Below, in pieces: positions 10,367 through 20,505 of a stretch of DNA of 64,000 nt (position 1 is the stretch's first letter; the number at the start of each line of letters is the position of its first letter). The notes under the pieces are model-generated. The model did not search any database and was not told the DNA's origin. It saw nothing but the letters and a program-made list of their open reading frames with translations. The stretch is taken from assembly GCA_002937775.1 (NCBI GenBank), contig PTKO01000001.1, positions 1,294-65,293 of the forward strand. The letters are read 5' to 3'. The DNA is from Alphaproteobacteria bacterium MarineAlpha6_Bin4. GTDB lineage: Bacteria > Pseudomonadota > Alphaproteobacteria > GCA-002720895. A program made the translations under genes and the position numbers.

Positions 10367-12064
10367 TTAGTTTGATTGATTTCTTAAAAAAGAAGGGATC
10401 TCTAAATCTTCTTTTTCATCTTCTTTATTTTTTTGGACATCTTCCTTAGTTGGATTTTCATCTAGTCCAGGCATTTCCGATTGTATTTGAACTTTTTTTT
10501 CCTCATGTTTTTTAGAATCTAAATTAAGATCTTTGTCTTTAACTAACGTTTTCTCATCATTTTTTTCAACGACAGGTTCTACGCTTTTATTTGCTATTTC
10601 TACCTCTTTTTCTTCATTTTTATTTAAATTATCACTTTTATCGTCATTATTGACAATTTCTTCTTTATTTACCTCAAATTCATTAGTCATTGTAGGTTCT
10701 TCGATTATCTTATTATTTTCTTCTTTATCTTTTACTTCCAGATTTTCTTTTTCTAAAAAGTCTGACGGTGACTCAATATCATCTTTATTATTTTCTTCCC
10801 TTTTGCCTTTGTTGAAAATTTTAAAAGATGACACCTTCTTAATAAATTCCATAACAACATTGCTAGGTTTTACCTGCTGATTTTCTTGTTTAGTAGCATC
10901 AGTTTCTGTTCTGTTTAAATTAACTTCACTTGTAACATTATTTTCAACATTCTTTTTAATTTCTACTATTGGATTAGTAAAATCTTCTAAATCAGTTTGC
11001 TCAGCTAATTTAGGTTTATTTTCATTTACCACATCTTTTATTAAGTCGTTTTCTTTCATAACTTCGGATTTATTATTTGAATTAGGCAATTCAACAACAT
11101 TTCCAATTCCGGTAGCAATTATTGAAACCCTCATCATTCCATCTAATTCTTTGTCTATTGAAGATCCAAAAATAATTCTGGCATTATCATCTATTTCTTG
11201 TTTAATTCTATCTGCAGCTTCAGTTATTTCCACTAAACTCATATCAGGGCCTCCAGAAACATTAAGCAATAATCCTTTAGTCCCTTCCAAAGAAACTCTA
11301 TCTAATAATGGGTTTGAGATTGCTGATTCAGCTGCTTCAACAGCTCTTCTTTCTCCCGCAGCTTCTCCATGTCCAAATACAGCTCTTCCCATTTCTGACA
11401 TCACCGCTCTTACATCAGCAAAATCAAGATTTATTAAACCAGGCTGCATAATTAAATCAGTTACGGATTTAACTCCTGCATGTAAAACTTGGTCACACAT
11501 ACTAAATGCATCTGATGCAGAAGTTTTTTCATCACACACAATGTACAAATTTTGATTTGGTATAATTATTATTGTATCAACAATATTTCTTAACTCCTCA
11601 ATACCTTTTTCAGCATTATCCATTCTCAATTTTCCTTCAAAAGGAAAAGGTTTGGTTACCACGGCAACAGTTAAAATACCTTTTTCTTTACATGCTTTAG
11701 CTATTGTAGAAACAGCTCCAGTGCCTGTGCCTCCACCCATTCCAGCTGCAATAAATGCCATATGGGCACCATCAATATATTCACATATTTCATTATAGGA
11801 TTCTTCTGCAGCAGATTTTCCAGTTGATGGATCAGAACCAGCTCCAAGTCCTCGGGTACTTTGTATGCCAAGTTGAATTTTTTGTTTTGCTTCACAAAAT
11901 TCAAGAGATTGTGCGTCAGTGTTACAAGCTACAAATTCAACGCCTTTTAAACCAAATTTTATCATGCTGTTTATGGCATTACATCCACCTCCACCAACTC
12001 CCAATACAAGAATTCTAGGTTTTAATTTAGTTTTTGTTTCTGGTACTCCTAAATTTACTGACAT
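10367..12064 (-). CDS. ftsZ: Cell division GTPase FtsZ with long E/K-rich C-terminal linker
   Basis: 565 aa; tubulin signature GGGTGTG, N-terminal core about 320 aa followed by about 230 aa low-complexity E/K/N-rich linker and short conserved C-terminal peptide (DLEIPSFLR). Confidence 0.95.
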   Translation of the reverse strand: MSVNLGVPETKTKLKPRILVLGVGGGGCNAINSMIKFGLKGVEFVACNTDAQSLEFCEAKQKIQLGIQSTRGLGAGSDPSTGKSAAEESYNEICEYIDGAHMAFIAAGMGGGTGTGAVSTIAKACKEKGILTVAVVTKPFPFEGKLRMDNAEKGIEELRNIVDTIIIIPNQNLYIVCDEKTSASDAFSMCDQVLHAGVKSVTDLIMQPGLINLDFADVRAVMSEMGRAVFGHGEAAGERRAVEAAESAISNPLLDRVSLEGTKGLLLNVSGGPDMSLVEITEAADRIKQEIDDNARIIFGSSIDKELDGMMRVSIIATGIGNVVELPNSNNKSEVMKENDLIKDVVNENKPKLAEQTDLEDFTNPIVEIKKNVENNVTSEVNLNRTETDATKQENQQVKPSNVVMEFIKKVSSFKIFNKGKREENNKDDIESPSDFLEKENLEVKDKEENNKIIEEPTMTNEFEVNKEEIVNNDDKSDNLNKNEEKEVEIANKSVEPVVEKNDEKTLVKDKDLNLDSKKHEEKKVQIQSEMPGLDENPTKEDVQKNKEDEKEDLEIPSFLRNQSN

Positions 12065-12179
12065 AATTTTTTACCCTTTATAAAATGACTTGACTTAACA
12101 CTAAATAATGTATATTTAATTAAATAATCCACTATATATAGTATAATATATCGATTCGTACGATAATTGCAATCTTTTT

Positions 12180-13400
12180 TTAAAAGAAACTTTCTTTTAT
12201 CCATGACCCAAATTTTCTCCATAAAACACTATTTTCAATAAGATTATTTTTATAAAAATAACCATCTTCTTTTAAAATTTTATATTTTATTAATCCACAA
12301 CAAACAGAGAATCCTGGTCCAGAAGTATTTTCGGCAAGACCTTTTATTTTTGTTGGTTTTCCTATTCTTACTTTCATTCCAAAAAAATCAGAAGTTAGAT
12401 TTTTAAAACCTTTTAATTCTGATGATTTTCCAGTTAAAACTATATTGCTAGTAATGTTTCTTTCTAAAACTAATTTGCTGGTTTTTGATCTAATGCTCTC
12501 AAGAATTTCCTGAATTCTTGATAGGATAATATTGTTTAATTCTTTTTTGTAAACTTTATGAGTTTCAGTTGTTTCGTTATTACCAGTCAAAGGTACATCA
12601 ATCAAATCATTTTCTTCATCTACATTAACGCTACTACCATGCAAAATTTTTAATCTTTCAGCAGTAGATATAGAGGTCGATAAACCTCTAGCAATATCTG
12701 ATGAAATATTAAATCCACCTATATTAATTATATTTGCGTATACCAATTTATTTTTGTAAAAAGTTGCTATCGATGTGCATCCTGCTCCGATGTCTATTAC
12801 TGTTGTTCCAATATATAAATCGTCTTTATTTAAACACCCTAATCCTGAAGCATATGGTGTTATAACAATATCACTAACTCTTATTTTTGATAATGACAGG
12901 CATTTAATAAAATTATTTATAGAATTATTATCCGCAGTTATTAGGTTAAAGCCCGCTACCAATTCTTTTCCCTTCATACCTATTGGTTTCTCTACATTTA
13001 TATTTCTGTCAATGCTATATGAAGTTCTAATTTTATGTAAAAGTTGTCTATTTTCTCCATAATTTAAACTATCTATTTGTTTGTAATTATTCCTAATATC
13101 TTCATTTGTTACTTCGTTATTGTCTAGGGAAGTATTTAAATTTATAATCTGCGACTGTATTGTGCTTGAAGAAAAGTTCACAACAAATTCTTCCACAGTA
13201 CTTCCAAACATTTTTTCTGCTGATTGGATAGACGCTCTTATAGAATTACAAGCTAATTCCATATCAGTAATTATACCAGATGAAACTCCACTAGATTGAT
13301 GAAGCCCAATTCCTAGTATTTCAGGCTCTTTATCCTTTGAAATATTAACTATAAAACAAGAAATTTTATCTGTTCCAATATCTAATATTCCAATTCTCAT
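12180..13400 (-). CDS. ftsA: Cell division protein FtsA (actin-like ATPase)
   Basis: 406 aa; actin/Hsp70 fold motifs (ILDIGTDKISC, VIDIGAGCTSIA). Confidence 0.92.
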   Translation of the reverse strand: MRIGILDIGTDKISCFIVNISKDKEPEILGIGLHQSSGVSSGIITDMELACNSIRASIQSAEKMFGSTVEEFVVNFSSSTIQSQIINLNTSLDNNEVTNEDIRNNYKQIDSLNYGENRQLLHKIRTSYSIDRNINVEKPIGMKGKELVAGFNLITADNNSINNFIKCLSLSKIRVSDIVITPYASGLGCLNKDDLYIGTTVIDIGAGCTSIATFYKNKLVYANIINIGGFNISSDIARGLSTSISTAERLKILHGSSVNVDEENDLIDVPLTGNNETTETHKVYKKELNNIILSRIQEILESIRSKTSKLVLERNITSNIVLTGKSSELKGFKNLTSDFFGMKVRIGKPTKIKGLAENTSGPGFSVCCGLIKYKILKEDGYFYKNNLIENSVLWRKFGSWIKESFF

Positions 13401-14182
13401 TTTTTACCTTTAAGAGCAATTTGCTCTGAATTTGTTTTTATAAAAATTTTTTTTTCAAAAAATCTTAAATCAACCATTTCTAAATTTTTTATATCTTTAA
13501 ATTTATTTATTTTTAACAAAGCTTCTTTGATATTTTTATTAGGAAGTTTAAATAAAATATTATCAACAACTACATTAAACCTATTGTCAGGAAGAATGGT
13601 AATTTTTGAAATATGATTAGAAATTTCATTATTTTCTACAAGGAAATTTTTAGCTTTATCTATATTTTCTAATGAAAACTCACCTTCCAATTGAACTAAT
13701 TCATACGCATCTGGGTTGTTTATTTCATGAATAATTTTTCCTTTATCACTAATAAGAAAATTTTCATTTTTTTTGTTAAATATTGCAAATTCCTTATGCT
13801 CTTCAATGCGTATTGCTAAATGATTAGGATAAATTTTTCTAATAGAGACTAAATCTATCCAATTTAAATCTTCTAAAGATGCTTTGATACCAACGGTATC
13901 AAAATTTATTATATTTTTTGTTTTATTTAAATTTGTAGTGACCAGACCCTTTATTGAATTTAAGTTAGATTTGGATCTTCCTTCTAATGTGATTTTCTTA
14001 ATTTCGAAGAAATTATCATAATTATTAAAAATTTTTTTATATACAAAATCCTTATTTTCAGTTTTTTTAAAATTTTCAAAGTTTACATTTTCTTTTAAAA
14101 AAAGAATAAGAAATATACTTATAGAAACTAAAAATAAAATAGAAATTTTTGACAAACTTTTATATTTAATAAAACTAGACAT
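13397..14182 (-). CDS. ftsQ: Cell division protein FtsQ/DivIB
   Basis: 261 aa; short cytoplasmic N-terminus, single TM helix, POTRA-like region; overlaps ftsA start by 4 nt; position upstream of ftsA. Confidence 0.8.
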   Translation of the reverse strand: MSSFIKYKSLSKISILFLVSISIFLILFLKENVNFENFKKTENKDFVYKKIFNNYDNFFEIKKITLEGRSKSNLNSIKGLVTTNLNKTKNIINFDTVGIKASLEDLNWIDLVSIRKIYPNHLAIRIEEHKEFAIFNKKNENFLISDKGKIIHEINNPDAYELVQLEGEFSLENIDKAKNFLVENNEISNHISKITILPDNRFNVVVDNILFKLPNKNIKEALLKINKFKDIKNLEMVDLRFFEKKIFIKTNSEQIALKGKK

Positions 14183-14193
14183 TTTACTTGATT

Positions 14194-14228
14194 TCCCATA
14201 CTATACCATAATATCCCATATAATACCA
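14194..14228. promoter_or_regulatory. Array of four phased direct repeats (bottom strand TGGTA-N5-TGGGA-N5-TGGTA-N5-TGGGA; top strand TCCCA/TACCA) in ftsQ-mraZ divergent region; candidate MraZ operator
   Basis: Read directly: TCCCAtactaTACCAtaataTCCCAtataaTACCA with exact 10-nt periodicity, 35-69 nt upstream of mraZ GTG start. MraZ of other bacteria binds phased TGGG-containing direct repeats upstream of mraZ. Confidence 0.45.
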
Positions 14229-14262
14229 AATACTTTTTTTAATATTTTTATAAAGAAATAAA

Positions 14263-14727
14263 GTGTTTTTATCGCAATATACGTACAAAATTGACAACAA
14301 AAGCAGAATTTCTGTACCAGCAGACTTTCGTTTAAGCATAAATACAAAGTTTTTTAACGGAATTATTGTATTTAGATCATATAAATTTCAAGCTATAGAG
14401 TGCCTTGATTTTGAGAAAATGAAAAAAATCGCTGATAGCTTAGATAATTTAGACTTTTTTTCAGAAAGCAAGAATGACATAACTACATCTGTTTTATCTG
14501 ATTCATATAAATTAACGTTTGATGGGGAAGGTAGAATTTGTCTACCAAATGAATTACTAAAATTTGCAAATATTAAAAATCAGGCAACTTTTGTAGGAAG
14601 AGGTTCTAGTTTTCAAATTTGGAACCCAAATACTTTTAAAAGTTATTTACAAAAAGCTAGGAGTAATATTAAAAAAAAAAAGTTATCTTTAATTATAAAC
14701 AATACAAACAATAATGATAAAAAGTAG
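14263..14727 (+). CDS. mraZ: Transcriptional regulator MraZ
   Basis: 154 aa; two tandem SpoVT/AbrB-like halves (RISVPADFR and RICLPNEL motifs); GTG start; first gene of dcw cluster. Confidence 0.9.
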   Translation: MFLSQYTYKIDNKSRISVPADFRLSINTKFFNGIIVFRSYKFQAIECLDFEKMKKIADSLDNLDFFSESKNDITTSVLSDSYKLTFDGEGRICLPNELLKFANIKNQATFVGRGSSFQIWNPNTFKSYLQKARSNIKKKKLSLIINNTNNNDKK

Positions 14728-15664
14728 TTTTAATTTTTTGCATAAATCTGTTCTATTAAATGAAACTTTAAGCCTATTACCAAATGAAGATAATTCAATT
14801 TTTATAGACGGAACATTTGGAGATGGAGGGCATACAAAGGCAATTTTAGATAGAAATAAAACTTGTAAAGTTTATGCAATTGATAGGGACCCAAAAGTTA
14901 AAAAAAATGTCAAAGTTTTTCAAGAAAAATATAAAAAAAGATTTAAATTTATTTTGGGTAAAATAAGCGATTTAGAAAAAATTGCTGTTAACGAGAATCT
15001 TAAAAATAAAATTAGTGGCATATTATTTGATCTTGGTGTTTCAACAAGACAATTAAAAGATTTTAAAAGAGGTTTTTCATTTCAAAAAGATGGTCCTTTA
15101 GATATGAGAATGGGAAATAATGGAATTACAGCTTCAGAATTTCTAAATAGTCAGAATGAAAAAGAAATATCAGATATTATTTTTAAATATGGAGAAGAAA
15201 GATCTTCTAGGAATATTGCAAAAGCAATAACAAATTATAAAAAAAAAAAAAGAATTAAAAATACTATTGAATTAGTTAACATAATTAAATCAGTAAAAAA
15301 AGTACCTAAAAAAAAATCTATTCATCCTGCAACCAAAACTTTTCAAGCAATAAGAATTTATGTTAATAATGAAATTGAAGAACTAAAAATTGGCTTGGTC
15401 TCAGCTATTAATGTTTTAAAAAAAAAGGGAAGAATAGCAATAATATCATTTCATTCTTTAGAAGATAGAGTTGTAAAAAACTTCTTAAATAAGAATTCTG
15501 GAAAAATTTATAATAAATCTAGATATTTTCCTCAATTAGAACCAAATAATATAAATGAAAGCTTAAAAATTATTACAAAGAAAGTAATAAAACCTATGAA
15601 AAAAGAGATTTTATATAATTATTACTCTAGATCAGCAAAATTGAGGGTTGCAGAAAAAAAATGA
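14714..15664 (+). CDS. rsmH: 16S rRNA (cytosine1402-N4)-methyltransferase RsmH (MraW)
   Basis: 316 aa; SAM-MTase motifs (DGTFGDGGH, DLGVSTRQL, SFHSLEDR); overlaps mraZ by 14 nt. Confidence 0.92.
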   Translation: MIKSSFNFLHKSVLLNETLSLLPNEDNSIFIDGTFGDGGHTKAILDRNKTCKVYAIDRDPKVKKNVKVFQEKYKKRFKFILGKISDLEKIAVNENLKNKISGILFDLGVSTRQLKDFKRGFSFQKDGPLDMRMGNNGITASEFLNSQNEKEISDIIFKYGEERSSRNIAKAITNYKKKKRIKNTIELVNIIKSVKKVPKKKSIHPATKTFQAIRIYVNNEIEELKIGLVSAINVLKKKGRIAIISFHSLEDRVVKNFLNKNSGKIYNKSRYFPQLEPNNINESLKIITKKVIKPMKKEILYNYYSRSAKLRVAEKK

Positions 15665-15945
15665 TTTTAAGGCACAAAAAAACTCAAATGCTTTTTTTTA
15701 TAGTTATTTTATTTTGTTTATTTTTAATTTCTTTATTTAGTTTAAGAAACAATGTTAAAGATTTAAACAAAGAATTTTCTAAAGTTAGTAGAGATATTAG
15801 TAAAGAACAAAATTTAATTAAAATTCTTAAATCTGACTTTACAAAATTATCAAAATTAGACCGAATAAAAAATATTGTTAAAGAAAAATTAGGATTAGAA
15901 AAAACTAGTAGTAGCCAAATAAAAAAATTATCAGATTTTAATTAA
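15661..15945 (+). CDS. ftsL: Cell division protein FtsL (small bitopic membrane protein)
   Basis: 94 aa; single TM helix + short coiled-coil; ATGA overlap with rsmH; canonical position between rsmH and ftsI. Confidence 0.7.
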   Translation: MILRHKKTQMLFFIVILFCLFLISLFSLRNNVKDLNKEFSKVSRDISKEQNLIKILKSDFTKLSKLDRIKNIVKEKLGLEKTSSSQIKKLSDFN

Positions 15946-15951
15946 TATTAT

Positions 15952-17634
15952 ATGATATATAACAAAGATAATTTAAAGCTGTTTGGAGATTTTAAAGAAA
16001 GAGTTATAAAAGCAAAACAAAGATTCTCACTTATATTGTTTTTTTTATTTTTTGGATATTTTTTAATTACTTTGAAAATAATTGATATATCTATAAATAA
16101 TAAAATTGAATTATCAGGTAATATCAAAAAAAATGAAACGCCGTTAATATGTAGGGCTGATATAATAGATAGAAATGGCGATTTGCTTGCCACCTCCTTT
16201 TTAGTAGATGACCTCGCAGTTAATCCTTTAAAAATAGAAAAAAAACAAAAAGAAATTATTGCAAAAAAAATTTCAAAAACATTATCTGACTTAAAATATG
16301 AAGATATTCTGAAAAAGCTTAATTCAAAAAAAAGCTTTGCATATTTGAAAAGATCAATTGAACCTAAAAAATACGAAGAAGTTATGAGAATAGGAGAACC
16401 TAATATTTTTAAAGTGAAAAGATGTGGAAGAGAATATCTTCATGAGCAACATGCTTCACATATTCTTGGAGCTGTGAATATTGATAACAACGGTATAAAA
16501 GGTGTGGAAAAAAAATTTGATGAAATTTTAAAAGATAAGAAATTTGCAAAAAACAGCAAACTTCAATTATCAATTGATATAAATTTACAAAAGAGCTTAG
16601 ACGAGCATCTAGGTTCTACAATTAGCAAGCACAGCGCAGATAGTGGAGCTGGAATAATATTAGATGTAAAAACATCTGAAATTTTAGCAATGAATTCTTT
16701 CCCTCAATTTAATCCAAATGAAATAGATAAAATGAACAAAGAAGCTGAATTTAATAACGCTACTCATGGAGTTTTTGAACTAGGTTCATTATTTAAATCG
16801 TTATCAGGAGCAATCGCATTAGATACAAAAATTTTAACAGAAGAAACTATTTATGATGCAAGAAAACCTATAAAAGAAGGCAAGTTCACAATTCATGATT
16901 ACAAACCAAAAAAAAGAAAACTTAAATTTTCAGAATGCGTATTATATTCTTCTAATATATGCTTTGCTCAAGTAGGCACTGATATTGGTAAAAAAAATAT
17001 GAAAAAATATTTTGAAAGAATGAAATTGACAACTAAACCAGAAATTGAATTGCCAGAAGTAGGAGAACCAATTGTGCCAACTGTTTGGAGAAAAACAGAC
17101 TTAATGGCTATGTCATATGGCCATACAATTGCTGTATCACCATTACAATTCGTAAATGCTTTTAATTCAATAATAAATGATGGAAAGTTTAGATATTCTA
17201 CACTAATAAAAAAAGAAAATTATGAGAATGATAATCCAACCAATGTAATAAACCAAGATACTTCAAAAAAAATAAGAAAATTATTAAGGGACGTTGTAGG
17301 TAATAAAGAAGGGTCAGGAAAAAACGCAAATATTGAAGGCTATTCTATTGGTGGAAAAACAGGGACGGCAATTAAAAACAAAAAAGATCGTTCAGGTTAT
17401 AAAGATGAAAATAGAACTAGTTTTGTTGGGTTTTTCCCTAGTTATGATCCAAAATATATAGTATTTATTATGGTAGATAATCCTAAAAGAATAAAAGAAA
17501 ATTTTTATTATGCTACAGCTGGATGGGTTGCAGCTCCAACAGTAAAAGAAATAATTAATGAAATGATACCTAAGCTAAGAATTGAGTCAGAAAAAAAAGA
17601 AAAAGAAAATTATTTAACATTAAGAACTAGGTAA
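15952..17634 (+). CDS. ftsI: Peptidoglycan D,D-transpeptidase FtsI (PBP3)
   Basis: 560 aa; N-terminal TM, PBP dimerisation domain, transpeptidase domain (S..K-like SLFK, KTGTA). Confidence 0.9.
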   Translation: MIYNKDNLKLFGDFKERVIKAKQRFSLILFFLFFGYFLITLKIIDISINNKIELSGNIKKNETPLICRADIIDRNGDLLATSFLVDDLAVNPLKIEKKQKEIIAKKISKTLSDLKYEDILKKLNSKKSFAYLKRSIEPKKYEEVMRIGEPNIFKVKRCGREYLHEQHASHILGAVNIDNNGIKGVEKKFDEILKDKKFAKNSKLQLSIDINLQKSLDEHLGSTISKHSADSGAGIILDVKTSEILAMNSFPQFNPNEIDKMNKEAEFNNATHGVFELGSLFKSLSGAIALDTKILTEETIYDARKPIKEGKFTIHDYKPKKRKLKFSECVLYSSNICFAQVGTDIGKKNMKKYFERMKLTTKPEIELPEVGEPIVPTVWRKTDLMAMSYGHTIAVSPLQFVNAFNSIINDGKFRYSTLIKKENYENDNPTNVINQDTSKKIRKLLRDVVGNKEGSGKNANIEGYSIGGKTGTAIKNKKDRSGYKDENRTSFVGFFPSYDPKYIVFIMVDNPKRIKENFYYATAGWVAAPTVKEIINEMIPKLRIESEKKEKENYLTLRTR

Positions 17635-17638
17635 TAAA

Positions 17639-19108
17639 TTGTTACTTTCTAATGTCTTAAAGAATTTAAAAGAAAAAAAAGTATTAAATTTAAAAAAATT
17701 TAATCCTGATATAAAAGGGATTGGATGTAACTCAAAAAAAATTTTAAAAAACTTTATTTTTGTTGCTATAAAAGGACAAAAAGATGATGGACATAAATTT
17801 ATTTCCGAAGCTATCGAAAAAGGTGCAAATTTAATCGTTTTTGAAAAAAAAGAATTAAAAAAAAAATTTCAAAAAAAGACTAATTTTATTTATACAAAAA
17901 ATTCAAAACTTTTTTTATCAAAAATAGCCGCTAACTTTTATTTAAATCAACCTAATTATATTTCCGCTGTAACTGGAACAAACGGTAAAACTTCCGTGGT
18001 TTATATTGCAAATGAAATATGGAAAAATTGCAAAATAAAGTCTGCGTGTTTAGGAACTTTAGGTTTAATTAAAAATAAAGAAAAAATAGTATCAGGGTTA
18101 ACTACAGAAAACAGCATTGAAATTCATAAGACGTTATCTTTATTAAGTAAGCAAAAGATTAACAAAGTATCTTTAGAAGCTTCTAGCCACGGGTTACATC
18201 AGCATAGATTAGATAGTTTAAAGTTAGGAGTAGCAGCTTTTACAAATATTTCCCAAGATCATTTTGACTATCATAAAAATTTTAAAAATTATTTTAAGGC
18301 AAAAATGAGAATATTTTCAGAAATTCTAAAAAAAAATGGAATTGCAATAATTAATTCTGATTTACCTGAATCAAAAAAAATAATTAATTTATGTAAGAAA
18401 AAAAAGAAAAAAATTTTTACATATGGTTACAACTCAAGTGACTTAAAACTTATAACTTATTACAAAAAAAATAATAACCAAAAAATTATTATAAAATACA
18501 AAAATAAAATTCTAAATTATGAAATACCGTTATTAGGAGATTTTCAAGTTTATAACAGTCTTTGTGCAATTTCTTTGGTTATTTTTTCCGGCGTACCAAT
18601 TATCAAGTTATTAAAAGTTATGAAAAAAATAAAAAACATTCCAGGTAGATTAGAAAAAATAAAAATTCCACATAAAATAAAAAAAAATATTTCAGTTTTT
18701 GTTGATTATGCTCATACTCCTAATGCACTGAAAGAGTCTTTAAAAATTTTAAAAAAAGATTCAAATTTGTTATCAGTTGTTTTTGGATGTGGCGGAGATA
18801 GAGATAAAAAAAAAAGAGCATTAATGGGTAAAATAGCCAGCGCTTTTGCTGATAAAATATATATCACTGATGATAATCCAAGATTTGAATCTCCAAAAAA
18901 AATTAGAAAAGAAATTATTTCTGGTTGCCCATCAGGAATTGAAATAAAAAATCGATATTTAGCTATTAAAAAAGCTATTAAAAATAGTAAAGAAGGAGAA
19001 TATATACTAATTGCTGGAAAAGGACATGAAAATTATCAAATAATTGGAAAAAAAATTTATAAATACTCAGATAAAGGATCTGTTTTAGAAATATTAAAAA
19101 AAATATGA
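17639..19108 (+). CDS. murE: UDP-N-acetylmuramoyl-L-alanyl-D-glutamate--2,6-diaminopimelate ligase
   Basis: 489 aa; Mur ligase P-loop VTGTNGKTS, DYAHTPNAL, GCGGDRDKKKR. Confidence 0.9.
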   Translation: MLLSNVLKNLKEKKVLNLKKFNPDIKGIGCNSKKILKNFIFVAIKGQKDDGHKFISEAIEKGANLIVFEKKELKKKFQKKTNFIYTKNSKLFLSKIAANFYLNQPNYISAVTGTNGKTSVVYIANEIWKNCKIKSACLGTLGLIKNKEKIVSGLTTENSIEIHKTLSLLSKQKINKVSLEASSHGLHQHRLDSLKLGVAAFTNISQDHFDYHKNFKNYFKAKMRIFSEILKKNGIAIINSDLPESKKIINLCKKKKKKIFTYGYNSSDLKLITYYKKNNNQKIIIKYKNKILNYEIPLLGDFQVYNSLCAISLVIFSGVPIIKLLKVMKKIKNIPGRLEKIKIPHKIKKNISVFVDYAHTPNALKESLKILKKDSNLLSVVFGCGGDRDKKKRALMGKIASAFADKIYITDDNPRFESPKKIRKEIISGCPSGIEIKNRYLAIKKAIKNSKEGEYILIAGKGHENYQIIGKKIYKYSDKGSVLEILKKI

Positions 19109-20499
19109 AACAAAGAACTTGGTCACAAAGTCAAATTGAAAAGTCTCTTAAAATAAGACATAAAATTATTAGACCAATTAATGGTATTTCAATAAATAGT
19201 AAAACTACAAAAAAAAATAATCTTTTTTTACCATTAAAAGGAAAAAATTACGATGGACATGAATTTATTTCCGAAGCTTTCAAAAAAGGTGCTAGCTTAT
19301 CTTTAGCAAATATAAATGGATATCAAAAATTTAAACTAAAAAAATTTAAAAAAAAGATAGTTTTGGTAAAAAATGTAGTTTCTTCTTTACATAAACTTGC
19401 AATTTATTCAAGAAAAGAAATAAATGGGAACGTTGTTGCAATCACAGGAAGTGTAGGAAAAACAAGTGTTAAAGAAGCGCTTTCTTTTATATTAAAAAAA
19501 AATAATAAAATTCAATCATCAATTGGGAATTTTAATAATTTAATTGGTATGCCAATTAATTTAGCTAATTTTAATAATATTTCTGATATTAATATATTAG
19601 AATTAGGAATGAATCAAAAAGGCGAAATAAAAAAAATGTCAAATATTTGCAAACCTAATATTTCGCTAATAACAAAGATTTCAAATGCGCATATAGGAAA
19701 TTTTAATTCATTGAAAGATATAGCAAGGGCAAAGTCAGAAATTTTTTATGGCATGGATAATTCTGGCATAGCTATTATTAATCAAAATGATCCTTATTAT
19801 TCGTATTTAATAAAAATATTAAAAAGTTTAAAAATAAAAAAAGTTATAACTTTTGGAACTTCAAAAGGTTGCGACGTCAAATTAATAAAATCTGATTATA
19901 AAAATAAAAGTTCTTGCAAGGTATTTATAGATGTTTTGGGTAAAAAGATTGATTATTATTTAAATAATTTAGGGGATCATTGGATTGAAAATTCTTTAGC
20001 AATCGCATCAACTATTGCAGCATTAAATAAAGATTTAGGAACATATATAAAAAAAATATCTCAATTTAACGCTATAAAAGGTAGGGGGGAAATAATAAAT
20101 ATTAAGTATAAAAATAAAAAAATTACATTAATAGATGACACATATAATTCAAGTCCTGAATCTTTAAAAGCATCAATTACTCATCTTAGTCGTTTAGGAA
20201 AAAAAAGAAAAAAAATATGCGTACTTGGAGATATGTTCGAACTAGGTAAATTATCAAAAAAATTTCATTTAAAAATTAAAAAAATTTTAAAAGATAATAA
20301 AATTTCTAATGTTTATACTATAGGAAACGAAATGAAAAATTTATTTAATTCTCTACCTAAATCTTATGAAGCTAAACATTCTGATAATTTACAAGATTTA
20401 TATTTAAATTTAAAAGAAAATATAAAAAAAGATGATATTATTTTATTTAAAGCATCAAGAGCAATAAATTTAGACAAAATTATTAAAAGGCTTTGTTAA
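19105..20499 (+). CDS. murF: UDP-N-acetylmuramoyl-tripeptide--D-alanyl-D-alanine ligase
   Basis: 464 aa; Mur ligase motifs (ITGSVGKTS, DDTYNSSPES); 4-nt overlap with murE. Confidence 0.9.
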   Translation: MKQRTWSQSQIEKSLKIRHKIIRPINGISINSKTTKKNNLFLPLKGKNYDGHEFISEAFKKGASLSLANINGYQKFKLKKFKKKIVLVKNVVSSLHKLAIYSRKEINGNVVAITGSVGKTSVKEALSFILKKNNKIQSSIGNFNNLIGMPINLANFNNISDINILELGMNQKGEIKKMSNICKPNISLITKISNAHIGNFNSLKDIARAKSEIFYGMDNSGIAIINQNDPYYSYLIKILKSLKIKKVITFGTSKGCDVKLIKSDYKNKSSCKVFIDVLGKKIDYYLNNLGDHWIENSLAIASTIAALNKDLGTYIKKISQFNAIKGRGEIINIKYKNKKITLIDDTYNSSPESLKASITHLSRLGKKRKKICVLGDMFELGKLSKKFHLKIKKILKDNKISNVYTIGNEMKNLFNSLPKSYEAKHSDNLQDLYLNLKENIKKDDIILFKASRAINLDKIIKRLC

Positions 20500-20505
20500 C
20501 TTAAT

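Noticed and set aside
12065-12179. ftsZ promoter candidates (TTGCAA-N17-ATATTA on minus strand; TATAAT-like hexamers)
   Set aside because: In DNA this AT-rich, such hexamers occur by chance every few dozen bases; nothing distinguishes these, so not called as features.
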